59,340 nucleotides of DNA from a virus (Duplodnaviria; Caudoviricetes): the IMG/VR virus record IMGVR_UViG_3300021961_000104, positions 1 through 59,340 of that record. One strand, 5' to 3'. The notes under the pieces were generated by a model. It did no database searches. It saw only the letters and a program-made list of their open reading frames with translations, and was not told where the DNA came from. This document shows positions 27,201 to 36,200 of this stretch, piece after piece. The position numbers were made by a program, and so were the translations under genes. Position 1 is the first letter of the stretch. Each line of letters opens with the position of its first letter.

Positions 27201-29980
27201 TCTATTTTAACCTCTCCTTCTACCAAAGCACCTTTAGCTCCTTCTTTAGCTACAGCTAATTGAACTTCAGACAAGCCTTTACCAGATTGAATTGTTTTGT
27301 TGTAATCTTTTAAGAAGTTAAAAATATCTTTACCTGTATCAAACGTTATGTTTAAAGGTTGTTTACCAGATCTAAATAAATTATTAAATAAATCTATTAA
27401 ACTTTCAAAAAACCCTTTTGTTTTTTCATTATAAACAATATCTCCATTAGACATGGCTTCGCTAACCAATGGTATAACTTCTTCCCACGTAGCAGCTGCA
27501 GAGTACTTAGGATCTTCTAAGTATTGTCTAAATCTATTTTCAAGATTACTATTTGTTATTGATATGTCTTTATTATTTACTATTTCAGAAAGTAAATTTT
27601 TTCCAAATATAATTGATAACTCTGGATTATCTTTAAAGGTTTGTTGGAAAAATGGATGTAATATTTCGTGTTGATCTGTTGTGAATTTAAAATCTTCTGC
27701 AGCGGCTCTATCGTTTATTAATATTATTTTTTTGTCATTTAATATAATTGATTGACCATATCCAGTTGATTCTTGAACTTCTCCGCCTTGATCTTTTATT
27801 TCTTGTACTCTTTTTTCGTAACCTTCTTGTGTATCAAAAGTTTCAAAATCAGATTCTAATTGTTCTGATATTATTTTAGCAGCTTCTCTGGCTTTTGATT
27901 GTTTTATTTTAATTAAATTTTCTTTTATTAAATTTTCATCTATGCTATTTTTAATAGCAAAAATATCATTAGACAACTTTTTATTCTTATTTACAACAGC
28001 TCCTTTTGCTGAACCATATTGTCTGCTATCAATTTCGCCATTTATATAAGCAACATTTAAATCTTTTAATATTTTATTATTTTTTTCTTTTTCAGAAACT
28101 AAATTTAAAACTTCTGCTTTTTGATTTGAATCTAAAAGTTTTGCTGAAATATAATTATTTTCTAAAAATTCTTTTAATGAATTTTCAGTTGTATTTATTT
28201 CTATATCAATAGCGTCTCTAAAAGCTTTATTTTTATTTAAAGCTCTAGCTTTTTGTAAGCCTCCAATAGTTTCAATGTGCTGATTGACAAATGCTAAAGA
28301 TTCTTTATCACTTCTCAAAGCTTTAGCTATTGTAGATGGCGCCGAAACTACCGTAGAACCAACAAGACCTTGTAAATAACTTTCAAGCCCATCTTCTGAA
28401 GCCATAGCTGATATGCCATCAAGTACGGAATTATTAAGGTTTTTACCGTCAGCTAAACTTTTATTTATTTCTTCAGTTCCTAATTGAAAAACCTCTGTTA
28501 AACCTTCTTTATTTTGAGTTAAAAGTAATGAAGCAAAAGGAGAATATTTACCTGTATACCCAGCAATTTGTTTTGAAATACCTTTAAGTCCAGCGTATTC
28601 AAGACTCATAGCCAAAACTCCTAATGTAAGTGGAGTGTTGATTTCTGTTTCATTATTTCTAACTAACTCTTCTATTGGGTTCTCTGAATCTTTATATTTA
28701 GAATTTGCTTTTGAAACATTGTAGTCTACATACATAGGAGCAACTATTTGAGGAAACAAAGAACCTCCTCTAGTTAAGGCAGCTGGTGCTGCTGTTTCAA
28801 TAAGACTTCCAACCGCATTAAATACTCCACCTATTATTTCAGGTATATCTCCTTTTTTAAAACCCGATACAATTCCACCAACGTCTGTTCTTGTTTCGCT
28901 TAATTTTTTTACTTTACCAAATTGCTCGATCATATAATCTTCAGCAAATTTACCAACTTCATTATCTGTACCTGAATATACTGCTTTTACGTTTGAACCA
29001 ATTTGTCTTTTTAGTCTACTTAATTCTTTCCAACGCTCAGGGTTTTTAGAAAATAATACCTCGCTGTTATCGTTTGGGTCAATAAAAGCTATAGCTGTTT
29101 CTGGCATTTTTCCGGTTAAAAAGTCGGCAGCATCTTGGCCGGCAGTATTTTTTATAAAATCTATTCCAGCAAGTTTAGCAGACTCCCAAGAAGTTTCTAG
29201 TCCTATAGGTATATTTTCAACAGTACCAATAAACCTTCCGGTAATATCCATAATTGGTTCCATTATTATATCAGCTATTGTTGGCTTTATTTCCGGTATA
29301 TCTTTTTTAGATAATTCAGAAATATAATCAGAAACCTTGTCTAATTCTTTATATGATACTATAGCTTTGTTTGTTTGTAAATTATCTCCTCCAAAAGCTT
29401 TTCTTATATTATTTATTTTTTGTAAATTTAAAAACTCATTTTCAGGTTTTAAAACTTCTTGTTGTGTTTTATTTAAAAAGTCATTAAAACTTTCCCCTTC
29501 TTTTTTTTCTTTTTGATATTTACCAAAAACATTATAAAGATCATTATCTATAGTTTCATCTGGAGCTAATTCCAATTGATAATAAGCTATAGTTCTTTCT
29601 GGAGTACCTGATTTATATTTTTTTAATATAGAATTTATTTGATCTTGTTTGTATTTTTTCTCTTCTTTTTCAAACTCCTTTATAGACTTTCCAAACAAGT
29701 CTTTATGCATTTTATCAAAATCACCTTCTTGATATTTCAAATCTCCATTTCCATATACTACATCTGAAAATGATGTCTCGGACGCATCCGGTTGTTTGGG
29801 TGATGCAGTTGCATCCGTTTTGTCTACAACACCCTTCGTCTTTGCTTCGTCGATAACGTCATCTACAACTTTATCTTCAACAGGTGGATTATTTTTTTTC
29901 CACTCTTGAGCTTTGTCAAATATTTCTTTATCAGATAATCCTTGATCTTGTAGAGAAGCTATATATTCTAATAATGTCAT
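21230..29980 (-). CDS. Giant (2916 aa) virion/ejection polyvalent protein: zincin peptidase, sigma-like module, HAD phosphatase with inserted P-loop kinase
   Basis: HEILH; GLVSLIDKWTPDR; DFDDT/LTAR/FADD; GGPGAGKT; lies after tail and internal-protein genes. Confidence 0.8.
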   Translation of the reverse strand: MTLLEYIASLQDQGLSDKEIFDKAQEWKKNNPPVEDKVVDDVIDEAKTKGVVDKTDATASPKQPDASETSFSDVVYGNGDLKYQEGDFDKMHKDLFGKSIKEFEKEEKKYKQDQINSILKKYKSGTPERTIAYYQLELAPDETIDNDLYNVFGKYQKEKKEGESFNDFLNKTQQEVLKPENEFLNLQKINNIRKAFGGDNLQTNKAIVSYKELDKVSDYISELSKKDIPEIKPTIADIIMEPIMDITGRFIGTVENIPIGLETSWESAKLAGIDFIKNTAGQDAADFLTGKMPETAIAFIDPNDNSEVLFSKNPERWKELSRLKRQIGSNVKAVYSGTDNEVGKFAEDYMIEQFGKVKKLSETRTDVGGIVSGFKKGDIPEIIGGVFNAVGSLIETAAPAALTRGGSLFPQIVAPMYVDYNVSKANSKYKDSENPIEELVRNNETEINTPLTLGVLAMSLEYAGLKGISKQIAGYTGKYSPFASLLLTQNKEGLTEVFQLGTEEINKSLADGKNLNNSVLDGISAMASEDGLESYLQGLVGSTVVSAPSTIAKALRSDKESLAFVNQHIETIGGLQKARALNKNKAFRDAIDIEINTTENSLKEFLENNYISAKLLDSNQKAEVLNLVSEKEKNNKILKDLNVAYINGEIDSRQYGSAKGAVVNKNKKLSNDIFAIKNSIDENLIKENLIKIKQSKAREAAKIISEQLESDFETFDTQEGYEKRVQEIKDQGGEVQESTGYGQSIILNDKKIILINDRAAAEDFKFTTDQHEILHPFFQQTFKDNPELSIIFGKNLLSEIVNNKDISITNSNLENRFRQYLEDPKYSAAATWEEVIPLVSEAMSNGDIVYNEKTKGFFESLIDLFNNLFRSGKQPLNITFDTGKDIFNFLKDYNKTIQSGKGLSEVQLAVAKEGAKGALVEGEVKIDQRTKGAKAIKSFESLMQDEVTDTAAKESKRVYQEVEAMKPDLLDSNKKKDATIMAAYSLVDEAKRRMRNINLSEDVIDDIARTFALDEKRGLVSLIDKWTPDRNDSVMGYLNSKSASGRSLFDARLQEFYEADPRYNEIIQSESQEGVTEKMQRQTATEQDVEVSTKPVTTLIKPSSLISNDAVAKIKENIASKIKGIDPEQMTFKKLGDLAPEIIAQEIGIPVKKLTDPTANLSKGDANAIQRFVNKNADKLLKILPEGAVIEAATDKLLGTSTGVPKGLLNAFYTKKPRITKGAGLSPFALNKGITKADFLKTFGIVEGKKAEDFSARSSEAQALKGIANLYGRLVTNEIVRSETDLNLEVKQDIAAGKSKSMASKRITPENLEELKGLSILRSKTDLAKSLRYNSPSINEQNRKTIQDQIQEAVEKYGLDTATLRAGMMGSGGRQSFYGKIVDGKFVKGKKGTIGVEKYVKTTDGRYFLEKSAEGSLGSEITNWVAKPGRLYYGEKDPVYIKLIESTKEYKGKKPIKINIKNAFTDKAKVQSKVNMDVLDHVVNQLADAVANGMSLDVAGTIIVQSYQATSGLIKIAAPFLYRSNTMEYAGKGSKPEQRKGEKYREEHNPPASVVGAYIMWAIKNNKAQPIMQAIRDNYYQTQLSKKDDFLLDMAKLDSTLPEGFTIFDNPIVRLAAAGIDLNTITNPYTGKTMAETVNAGIPLDVYNSYNESQKLEAISYQNEQIIKAISDLNYNPSQTIKAYLPLVKGKAMASKRNSDLIPDSIKYDKAVTVKTSIDALSKADKALNNARKLNAPVKKIRVFDFDDTLARTNSRVIYTMPNFEGGFSPESVRQKAIFMVGGPGAGKTNIGKGLKLGRQGYKVVNQDIALEVMKAEAGLPAKEAEYTTEQISTRAKLGAAARKAAVAKFDKYAANGDGMVIDGTGASYPATMKKVKQLQDAGYEVHMVVANTSLETALARNKARVERSLPDFIVERSWNQVQESTELYRKDFGDKLYEINTEEIGFGEDLPQDFLDKVYAGINSNIQGKLEAGTFAEQATDLEAQGAEWNFSEFSKVIDGKEGPLFKVAKIIADKRGTKDIFVLTARPADAAKPIQQFLKSLGLNIPIKNITGLGDGAAEAKARWIMDKASEGYNDFYFADDVTGNVKAVEEVLSQIDVKSKVQQAKASKRQDFDRVINDMIFDTAGIETYKKYSAAKARTVGAGKGKYNFFIPAGAEDFTGLLYEMIGKGKKGDAQMAFLKQNLLDTYNRSEISVTQAKIAAMNDFIALKTQLKTLPKTLNKQTGIGKFNYSHAIRVFIWQSQGVEIPGLSKKDIQDLTSFVESDPKLKVFAEQLFTIQKDKPYPSPSDSWLAGTISSDIINDINTVKRAEYQQEFRENVDIIFSEENLNKMEAAYGTNWRAAIEDSIRRMKSGSNRPKGGDSTTQGILDWLNNSVGAVMFLNTRSALLQTISSVNFINWSDNNIFKAGLAFANQKQFWKDFITLMNSDYLVERRNGLKINISESEIADAAANSKNKATAIISYILNKGFVMTQIADSFAIASGGSTFYRNRIKSLVKSGMDPKLAEQRAFEDFRAIAEESQQSSNPVRISKQQASTAGRVILAWANTPMQYARIQKRAIQDLVNGRGNAKANVSKIIYYGIVQNLLFNTLQSAIDAIGFGDDDDDDSKEELKNTRKEKAVKVANGMLDSQLRGLGITGAAVSSLKNFLLTLMEENDKKRPEYEEAVEDLFAFSPPLGSKVGKIYGGLRSFSWNKKEMKEKGWSLDNPAYLAVAQVFTGLTNVPVDRVVKKTNNMRGIFSELSVRWQKIALILGWSTYDVGLPYYGGFDAVEPLTPEEEAAEAVKLMMDQTNTAEQKQMLEELGLTKAEIKELKYEENRVNKIIELKNKPIEKIETKEEVESTKKEVKPKEEVKPKKLTAEQRLQKQFDSIKAENKPDQVKTLTNFGLSKKEIRALKYEEDRVNKILELMSKKQ

Positions 29981-29990
29981 TTATTAAATT

Positions 29991-31085
29991 TTAAAGTTTA
30001 TTATCTTCGATAAATTTTTGTGCTTTAGCTTTTTTATATTCAGCCATATCAAATACAACAGCATCTTCTTTAACTGTTGGCAATTGATTTGTAACAAATT
30101 GTTTTAAGTAGTTATTAATGAAGTATTGTTTGTACTTCGTTTCAAACATCATTTTTTTCTTTTGATCTAAAGGTAAATCAGTTTCGTAATTCCAAGGAGT
30201 TGGAGAAATAATGTTCTCGACAGTTTGATCGTTTTCCTCAGCAGTTACACCGCTTGATATGTAAACATTCCAAGCAGCAACAGCTCTTTGCTCTGAACTA
30301 AGCAAACCAGCTACTTCAGCGCTAATAAAAGGATCTATTTTTCTTTGTATTTTGTCTATGTCGTATTTAAGAACATTACGACCTTTGCCATTACCAATAT
30401 CAATAACTTCGTAATCAAAAGAACCATCTGCATTCATAATCACATATTCTTCTGATATTTTAGCTCCAGCTGATAATTGTCCATTTTCGTTAACATCACT
30501 TAAAGAAAATATACCAACTTCAGTTAAAAGTCTTAACATGTCTTTGTTTATATCTGGAGTTGAAACTACTAAAGATGTTTTAGCTTCTATCAAGGCATTT
30601 AGCGAAGTGTTATTTATAATTAACGGTTGTTCAAAACCTGGTCCAAAAAAAGCTATTTGCTGAGAACCATCTGGCATTAGATTTAAATAAACATCATAAC
30701 CATCTGATTTAGAAAAACCAGGTCTACCATTTAATATACTATTAGCGACAGTAAAACTGTAATTATTGTTTGGATCAAAGTTCGGCTCGTCCGTTACACT
30801 TAATTCACCTATAAGAGTAGATAGAAAATCCAAAGAAGCTTGTGGAGCTTCTTTTAATTGCTTCAATTGATTTAACTCAACCTCACAATTATATGAAGAG
30901 CAATTACCTGAATCAATAGCCATTTTAAGTTTAGCATAAATTTTTGCCGTATCTCTATAGGCATTGTCTAATATTCTAAAATTATAATCGCTAGAATTAG
31001 AAATAAAACCTTTGTTATAAGCAATAGCGTCACTGTCATTAAATTGCTTTAGATAAAGATTTTTAAACAAGTTTTGGTTTTCCAT
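29991..31085 (-). CDS. Putative internal virion protein
   Basis: Position between pilot-like gene and giant protein. Confidence 0.6.
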   Translation of the reverse strand: MENQNLFKNLYLKQFNDSDAIAYNKGFISNSSDYNFRILDNAYRDTAKIYAKLKMAIDSGNCSSYNCEVELNQLKQLKEAPQASLDFLSTLIGELSVTDEPNFDPNNNYSFTVANSILNGRPGFSKSDGYDVYLNLMPDGSQQIAFFGPGFEQPLIINNTSLNALIEAKTSLVVSTPDINKDMLRLLTEVGIFSLSDVNENGQLSAGAKISEEYVIMNADGSFDYEVIDIGNGKGRNVLKYDIDKIQRKIDPFISAEVAGLLSSEQRAVAAWNVYISSGVTAEENDQTVENIISPTPWNYETDLPLDQKKKMMFETKYKQYFINNYLKQFVTNQLPTVKEDAVVFDMAEYKKAKAQKFIEDNKL

Positions 31086-31103
31086 TATTTATTTAATTTT
31101 TTA

Positions 31104-31769
31104 TTAATTCCCACCGCCACTGAATAACGCTGATCCAATTTGTCCAATAGCGCTAATACCACCGAGTGTACTTGCTGTAGCGTCTGCAGATGCTTGTGCT
31201 TTAGCTTGTGTAGCTGCGCCAAGTTGAGCAGCTGCTCTATCTAATTGTTGCATCTCTCTTTGCTCTTTTTGACCAAAGACAAAAGCTTTTCCAGAAACAT
31301 CAGCCTCTTGAATTCTCTGAGCTTCAGCCATTTTTTGCTGTTGCATTTGCGCTTCTCCTTGCGCGCGTTTATCTTCGTTAGATTTTTCTTGCATTTCTAT
31401 ATTAGCACTAACGTCTTTTTTAGCTTGTAAAGCTGCTTGAGCCAAAGCAGTTGCTCCACCCGCGCCAGCACCAGTTGCTCTCATAGCGTCTAAAGTGTTA
31501 GCTAAAGATATATCAGCTTCTTCTATTTGCATTTCAGCAGCACCAGTGGCTACTGATAAATTAGTAAAAGGATTACTTATCATAGAACTAAGATCAGTTA
31601 TTCCTTCGTAAGGATTTATAATCTTTTGTCTATTCTTTTCTAGAGAATTTAATTTTGCTTCTAGTCTAGATTTTTCTTTAGCAGCTTCTGCAGCGGCTCT
31701 TCTAGCTTTGCCACCACCAAAAAGACTACCAGCTAAAGAGGCTACGCCTCCGATTATTGCACCTATCAT
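31104..31769 (-). CDS. Putative internal virion/DNA pilot-like protein
   Basis: G/A-rich hydrophobic termini, A/Q-rich coiled coil. Confidence 0.65.
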   Translation of the reverse strand: MIGAIIGGVASLAGSLFGGGKARRAAAEAAKEKSRLEAKLNSLEKNRQKIINPYEGITDLSSMISNPFTNLSVATGAAEMQIEEADISLANTLDAMRATGAGAGGATALAQAALQAKKDVSANIEMQEKSNEDKRAQGEAQMQQQKMAEAQRIQEADVSGKAFVFGQKEQREMQQLDRAAAQLGAATQAKAQASADATASTLGGISAIGQIGSALFSGGGN

Positions 31770-31791
31770 TTTTTATTTATTTTAAATTATT

Positions 31792-33174
31792 TTAATAAGA
31801 AGATACGTTGAAATTTGTTGAAACAGCGAATAACTCTGCTGGTTGTCCAACTACACTAGTTCCACTAGCACCAATTGACATAGTTATTTCTGAGTAAAAA
31901 CCTTTTACACCAGTAGCTTCTGGTTCTCCAATACTATCATCTACTAATACTCTATTTTTATATCTCGCAGCATTCACAACATTATTAGGTCCTGAACTAG
32001 ATATACTTGAAAAATATTTATTTTCTTTCTCCCAAAAACCTGCGTATTGTAATTCTTGAATACCTGGTTCTAAATAAGACCCATCTACATAAGACTTAAC
32101 AACTTTAGCTCCTTCATAGTCTGTAACAAGACTTGTCATCTCCCAATTATCAGTACCTTCATAATTAATTGTTAAAAACTCTTTAACAATATTAGGAGAT
32201 GGATTTGCTATAAATGTTATAGTAGAAGCGTTATCAATGCCATAAAAATTAGATCTATTTACACTGTCAGAATAATGTAACCAAACTTTACCATTTTTAA
32301 TACTATAAAATTTATTTCTTAAACTACCCATTTGTTCTGGTACAAATGACATGAAACTCACCCAACCAGTAGGTTGTTCATCAAACATTAATGTTGAAAA
32401 ATAATTATTAATGTTATCTTGTAAAGAAATTACATAACTTTTGTTGTTAACATCCCAAGCTCCTTTTATTTCACCAGATGATGTTATATTAACTAGATTA
32501 TCTCTAAACCAGTCAACCATACCATGAGATGATATTTCTGTAATACCATCTTGAGAGAGTCTTAATACAACTGATTTATTTTTATCTGTAAAATATTTTC
32601 TATAACCGTATACGGCAAATGACTCTGGATTTGTACCAATACCCCATTCGCCACCATAAGGAACTATTTGACCTATTACAACGTTAGAGCTAGTCACAGT
32701 GCCACCACCTTCAGCAGAATAAATAGCATCTTTGTCTATTAAAGCTCTATTCACTTTTCTTTCTTGAAAAATAGTAAGGTTTGAATCTTCTGAATATAAT
32801 TTCTGTATAGATCCAAAAGCCGGGTCAACTGATTTAGTTATATTTTCAGCTGTAGAAAATACGTTAATTGCATTAAATCCTGTGCTTGAATTATATATAC
32901 CGGAATATATTAATCCGTTTTGTTTACGCTGTAAATTAGGTTCTTCTTCAACAAGATACGCTCTAACTCCTAAATCTACAATAGTATTATTATAACCACC
33001 ATTAATCCTAGCTTCTTCAATATACCAAAAACTATCCGACTTAGTTGGATCGGGTGGACCAAAATCATCATCATAAGAACTTGACCACTCAGGAGCAACG
33101 TCTACTTCATCGCTGTTTACTACTTTTTTTAACCAAAAAGTGTTATAATATCCTACTTCTAATGTTGCAGCCAT
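31792..33174 (-). CDS. Tail stabilization/nozzle protein (C-terminal part-like)
   Basis: GSIQKL, PESFA.YG..YFTD, LRLSQDGITEIS motifs of crAss-like/P22 gp10-type tail proteins. Confidence 0.7.
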   Translation of the reverse strand: MAATLEVGYYNTFWLKKVVNSDEVDVAPEWSSSYDDDFGPPDPTKSDSFWYIEEARINGGYNNTIVDLGVRAYLVEEEPNLQRKQNGLIYSGIYNSSTGFNAINVFSTAENITKSVDPAFGSIQKLYSEDSNLTIFQERKVNRALIDKDAIYSAEGGGTVTSSNVVIGQIVPYGGEWGIGTNPESFAVYGYRKYFTDKNKSVVLRLSQDGITEISSHGMVDWFRDNLVNITSSGEIKGAWDVNNKSYVISLQDNINNYFSTLMFDEQPTGWVSFMSFVPEQMGSLRNKFYSIKNGKVWLHYSDSVNRSNFYGIDNASTITFIANPSPNIVKEFLTINYEGTDNWEMTSLVTDYEGAKVVKSYVDGSYLEPGIQELQYAGFWEKENKYFSSISSSGPNNVVNAARYKNRVLVDDSIGEPEATGVKGFYSEITMSIGASGTSVVGQPAELFAVSTNFNVSSY

Positions 33175-33178
33175 AATT

Positions 33179-33187
33179 TATTATCAC
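33179..33187 (-). promoter_or_regulatory. Putative late promoter box GTGATAATA
   Basis: Intergenic; recurs at 39479, 49089, 51583, 55809. Confidence 0.35.
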
Positions 33188-33203
33188 TTATTTATTTTAA
33201 ACA

Positions 33204-36200
33204 TTACGGACATGTTGTTGGTTGTGTTGGATCGCAACTAAAAATATTATCTACTATTGGCGAGTTTAATCCATTATTAGCAAATCCATCTTCAACCATA
33301 GTGTTTACAACATATCTAACAATATTTCTAGCAATTAAATCTACTCCATCAAGATCCCATGGATCTGTAACTTCTGGTATATCTGGATATAACGTATATT
33401 GCACGTAAACTTGTCCCTTTAAATTCTCTTGAAAACCCTCATACATGAAAGTATCAAGTCCAGCACCATGGCAATTTCCTTCTGTTTCTCTAAATATATT
33501 TTTAATTAATTGTGTTATTTCAAAAGAACCTTGTAGATTTAATTCTGATTCATCAAAAGTTAAAGTAGCTCTAGTTGTATTAGCATCCTCGGTAACAAAT
33601 ATTTCATCACCTAAATCTGATCCGCATAGATTATTATTACTTTTGAAAAATTGCCATTTTATATCTTGTTTAAGTGGTAAGGTGCTTAAATCAAATTGAT
33701 TTTCATTTCCATTAACATCAGAAGGATTAGGCGTTACAATTTCAATACCTAACTTAAATTGAGTAGTATTATAATTAGTTAAAGCACCTATTAAACCACT
33801 TAAAATAGTTTTAGTTATTTGTACTCCACCTTCGTTTGAAGGATTTGAACTAGAGCACACGTACCATGTGTTTAAGCTAGGTTCATAAGCTAATCCGCCA
33901 TGTCTAGACCATTTAGTGGTACCATTGCCAAAATCTTCGTTAAGGTTATCAAACGGAGTTGAGGTAGGTTTAAACTTAGCAGTTCCACTTAAACTTGGAT
34001 TTATAAAAGGAGTTGGGTAAGTTACTTGTAACCAAACTTCTTTTTCATCTACTGTAAAACCAGTAGCATTATCAGCATCACTTAATCTATATCTTACAAG
34101 ATAATCCTGTCCCCTGTCAACTTTTGCTAAATCAACTTGTAGATACGCTGTACCGTCAGTTTGGATTGGAGAAAAAGTAAATGTTCCTGAAGAAATAGGA
34201 TCAAGACCGATTCCGTTTGGTTTAGAAGGATCTTCATAAGCTTTTTTTTGATAATAAACATTAAGTTGAAGCCCGTTTAATCGATATGGATTAAGATTTA
34301 AAGCAGTTGTTGCCCCGTTTTCAAGATCTTGAAGTTGAAATATAGGTATAATGTCAGTTGCTCCTTGTGCCTTTGGTATAAATATAGATGGAGAATTAAG
34401 ACTACCAGTTGCTGGAAAAACTCCAATATCACAAACATAATTTTGTAAAGGAATTTGTACAGTAATATCTTGAGTTAAACCAGATGGCAATGTAAATCTC
34501 ATTGTAATATCATATACATCAAAAGTAGAACTTTGTGATGTATATACAAAATCACTAATAGATTTTAAAGCATAAGTATCTGGCAGCGAAGAGGTTAATT
34601 CTAATTCAAAGAAATTATATGGAGTAACATCAGTTCCTATACCATTAACAACACTAATTATAACTCCAGTAGTACCTGATGCTATTGGATTTCCTTCTCC
34701 ATCTAATAAATTAAAAGGATCAGCAATAGCAACACCACCTGGTGCACTATATTCTATATTTTCTACAAAATTTGATGCGTCTGTTGGATTAGGACTTAAA
34801 CCCGAAATACCAACATTATCTTGTTTAATTAATTCATTAAGATCAGAAATTAAACCTCCTGTGGACGTTTCCCAGTATATATCTAATAATGATGTGACCG
34901 GTTCGGTTTCTAATATACTTAATCTAGGTAGATTTTCACCGCCCTCTTCGTATGCTGGCATTCCTATACCTAAAGATGTATTAGTTGAAATTCTTGCTAA
35001 CAAAGGATTTGATTGATTTTGATAAAACCCAGGAAAAGATGTATATGTTGTTCCAGGGTTATTATTATATAACTCTTGCTCAGAACCAATAGTAGTAGCT
35101 ATAAAATTATTTCTACCTGGATAATATTGTATAGTGAGCGGAGCTGCTGCAGAGTTATCATCATGCTCTGCTGTATTCTCAACCCTAACATAAAGTCTTG
35201 TGTTACTAGATCTATATTGTTGTTGGTCTGGACCAACTTCTGTCAAATCTCTTGGTATTTTGTTTATATTGTCTCCAATTAAAACAACATTTGCTATTTC
35301 ATCAATTTCTTCTGGTGTTATCGGAGTAGCGTATGATGGATTACCGTTTAAAAAACCAGGCAAGTAAGCATTGTAATAATCTTGCTCTGTTTGTTTGACT
35401 ACAATTCTATAAGAATACCAGCCTAATGGATTTATTGTATATACGTACTTGGCTTCAGTAGTTGAACCACCGTAACCACCAGTAAAATTATAAATATTTG
35501 CTATTTGCTCTTCAGTGGTTATCACAGTATCAGAGCCATTAAACGATGCAGATAATATTTTAGTGAAATCAACATGATAACCTCTTAAATAATTATTTAA
35601 TCCCGCGCCGTTAATTGGTGATAATTGAGCAGTAAAATCACCACCAGTTATCGTATATTCATAAGGAAAAGTTGAAGTTATTGTCGTTGTATTAACAACG
35701 TCTTGAAGCAAGAAGTTAGTTGGTTGAGCATAAGTTCCTACGTAAAACTGCGTTGGTGTTTCTTGAATAGGACTATTAAATCTTATTTGTAACGTATCAC
35801 CATACCAATTTAAAGGTCCGCCCCATCCTGATTCTTTGTACGGATGGTAAATAGTTGAAGTTGGTTCGTTAGCGTTAATGCCAGCTATAATTGTTGATAA
35901 TAAAACGGAAGAAGCTCTACCAAATTTATCGTACAATACAACGCCAACCTCGTAATTTCTATTTTGCTTTAAACTGTGGTTAGGATATTCAGCTGTAAAA
36001 TTTGAACTTGCTGGATTTTTAGAATTTACAAATATATTATAATCTAAAGAAGATGGAGCGTTGTTTCTATTAACATAATTACCGTAAACAACTCTATTAC
36101 TTATAACGTCTTGAGCTAATGCTCTAACCGGTACTTTATCTGAAACTCTGGTTGTGTCTGCATTTGGTAGTGTTTTATATGGTTTTTTAGATTGATAAGT

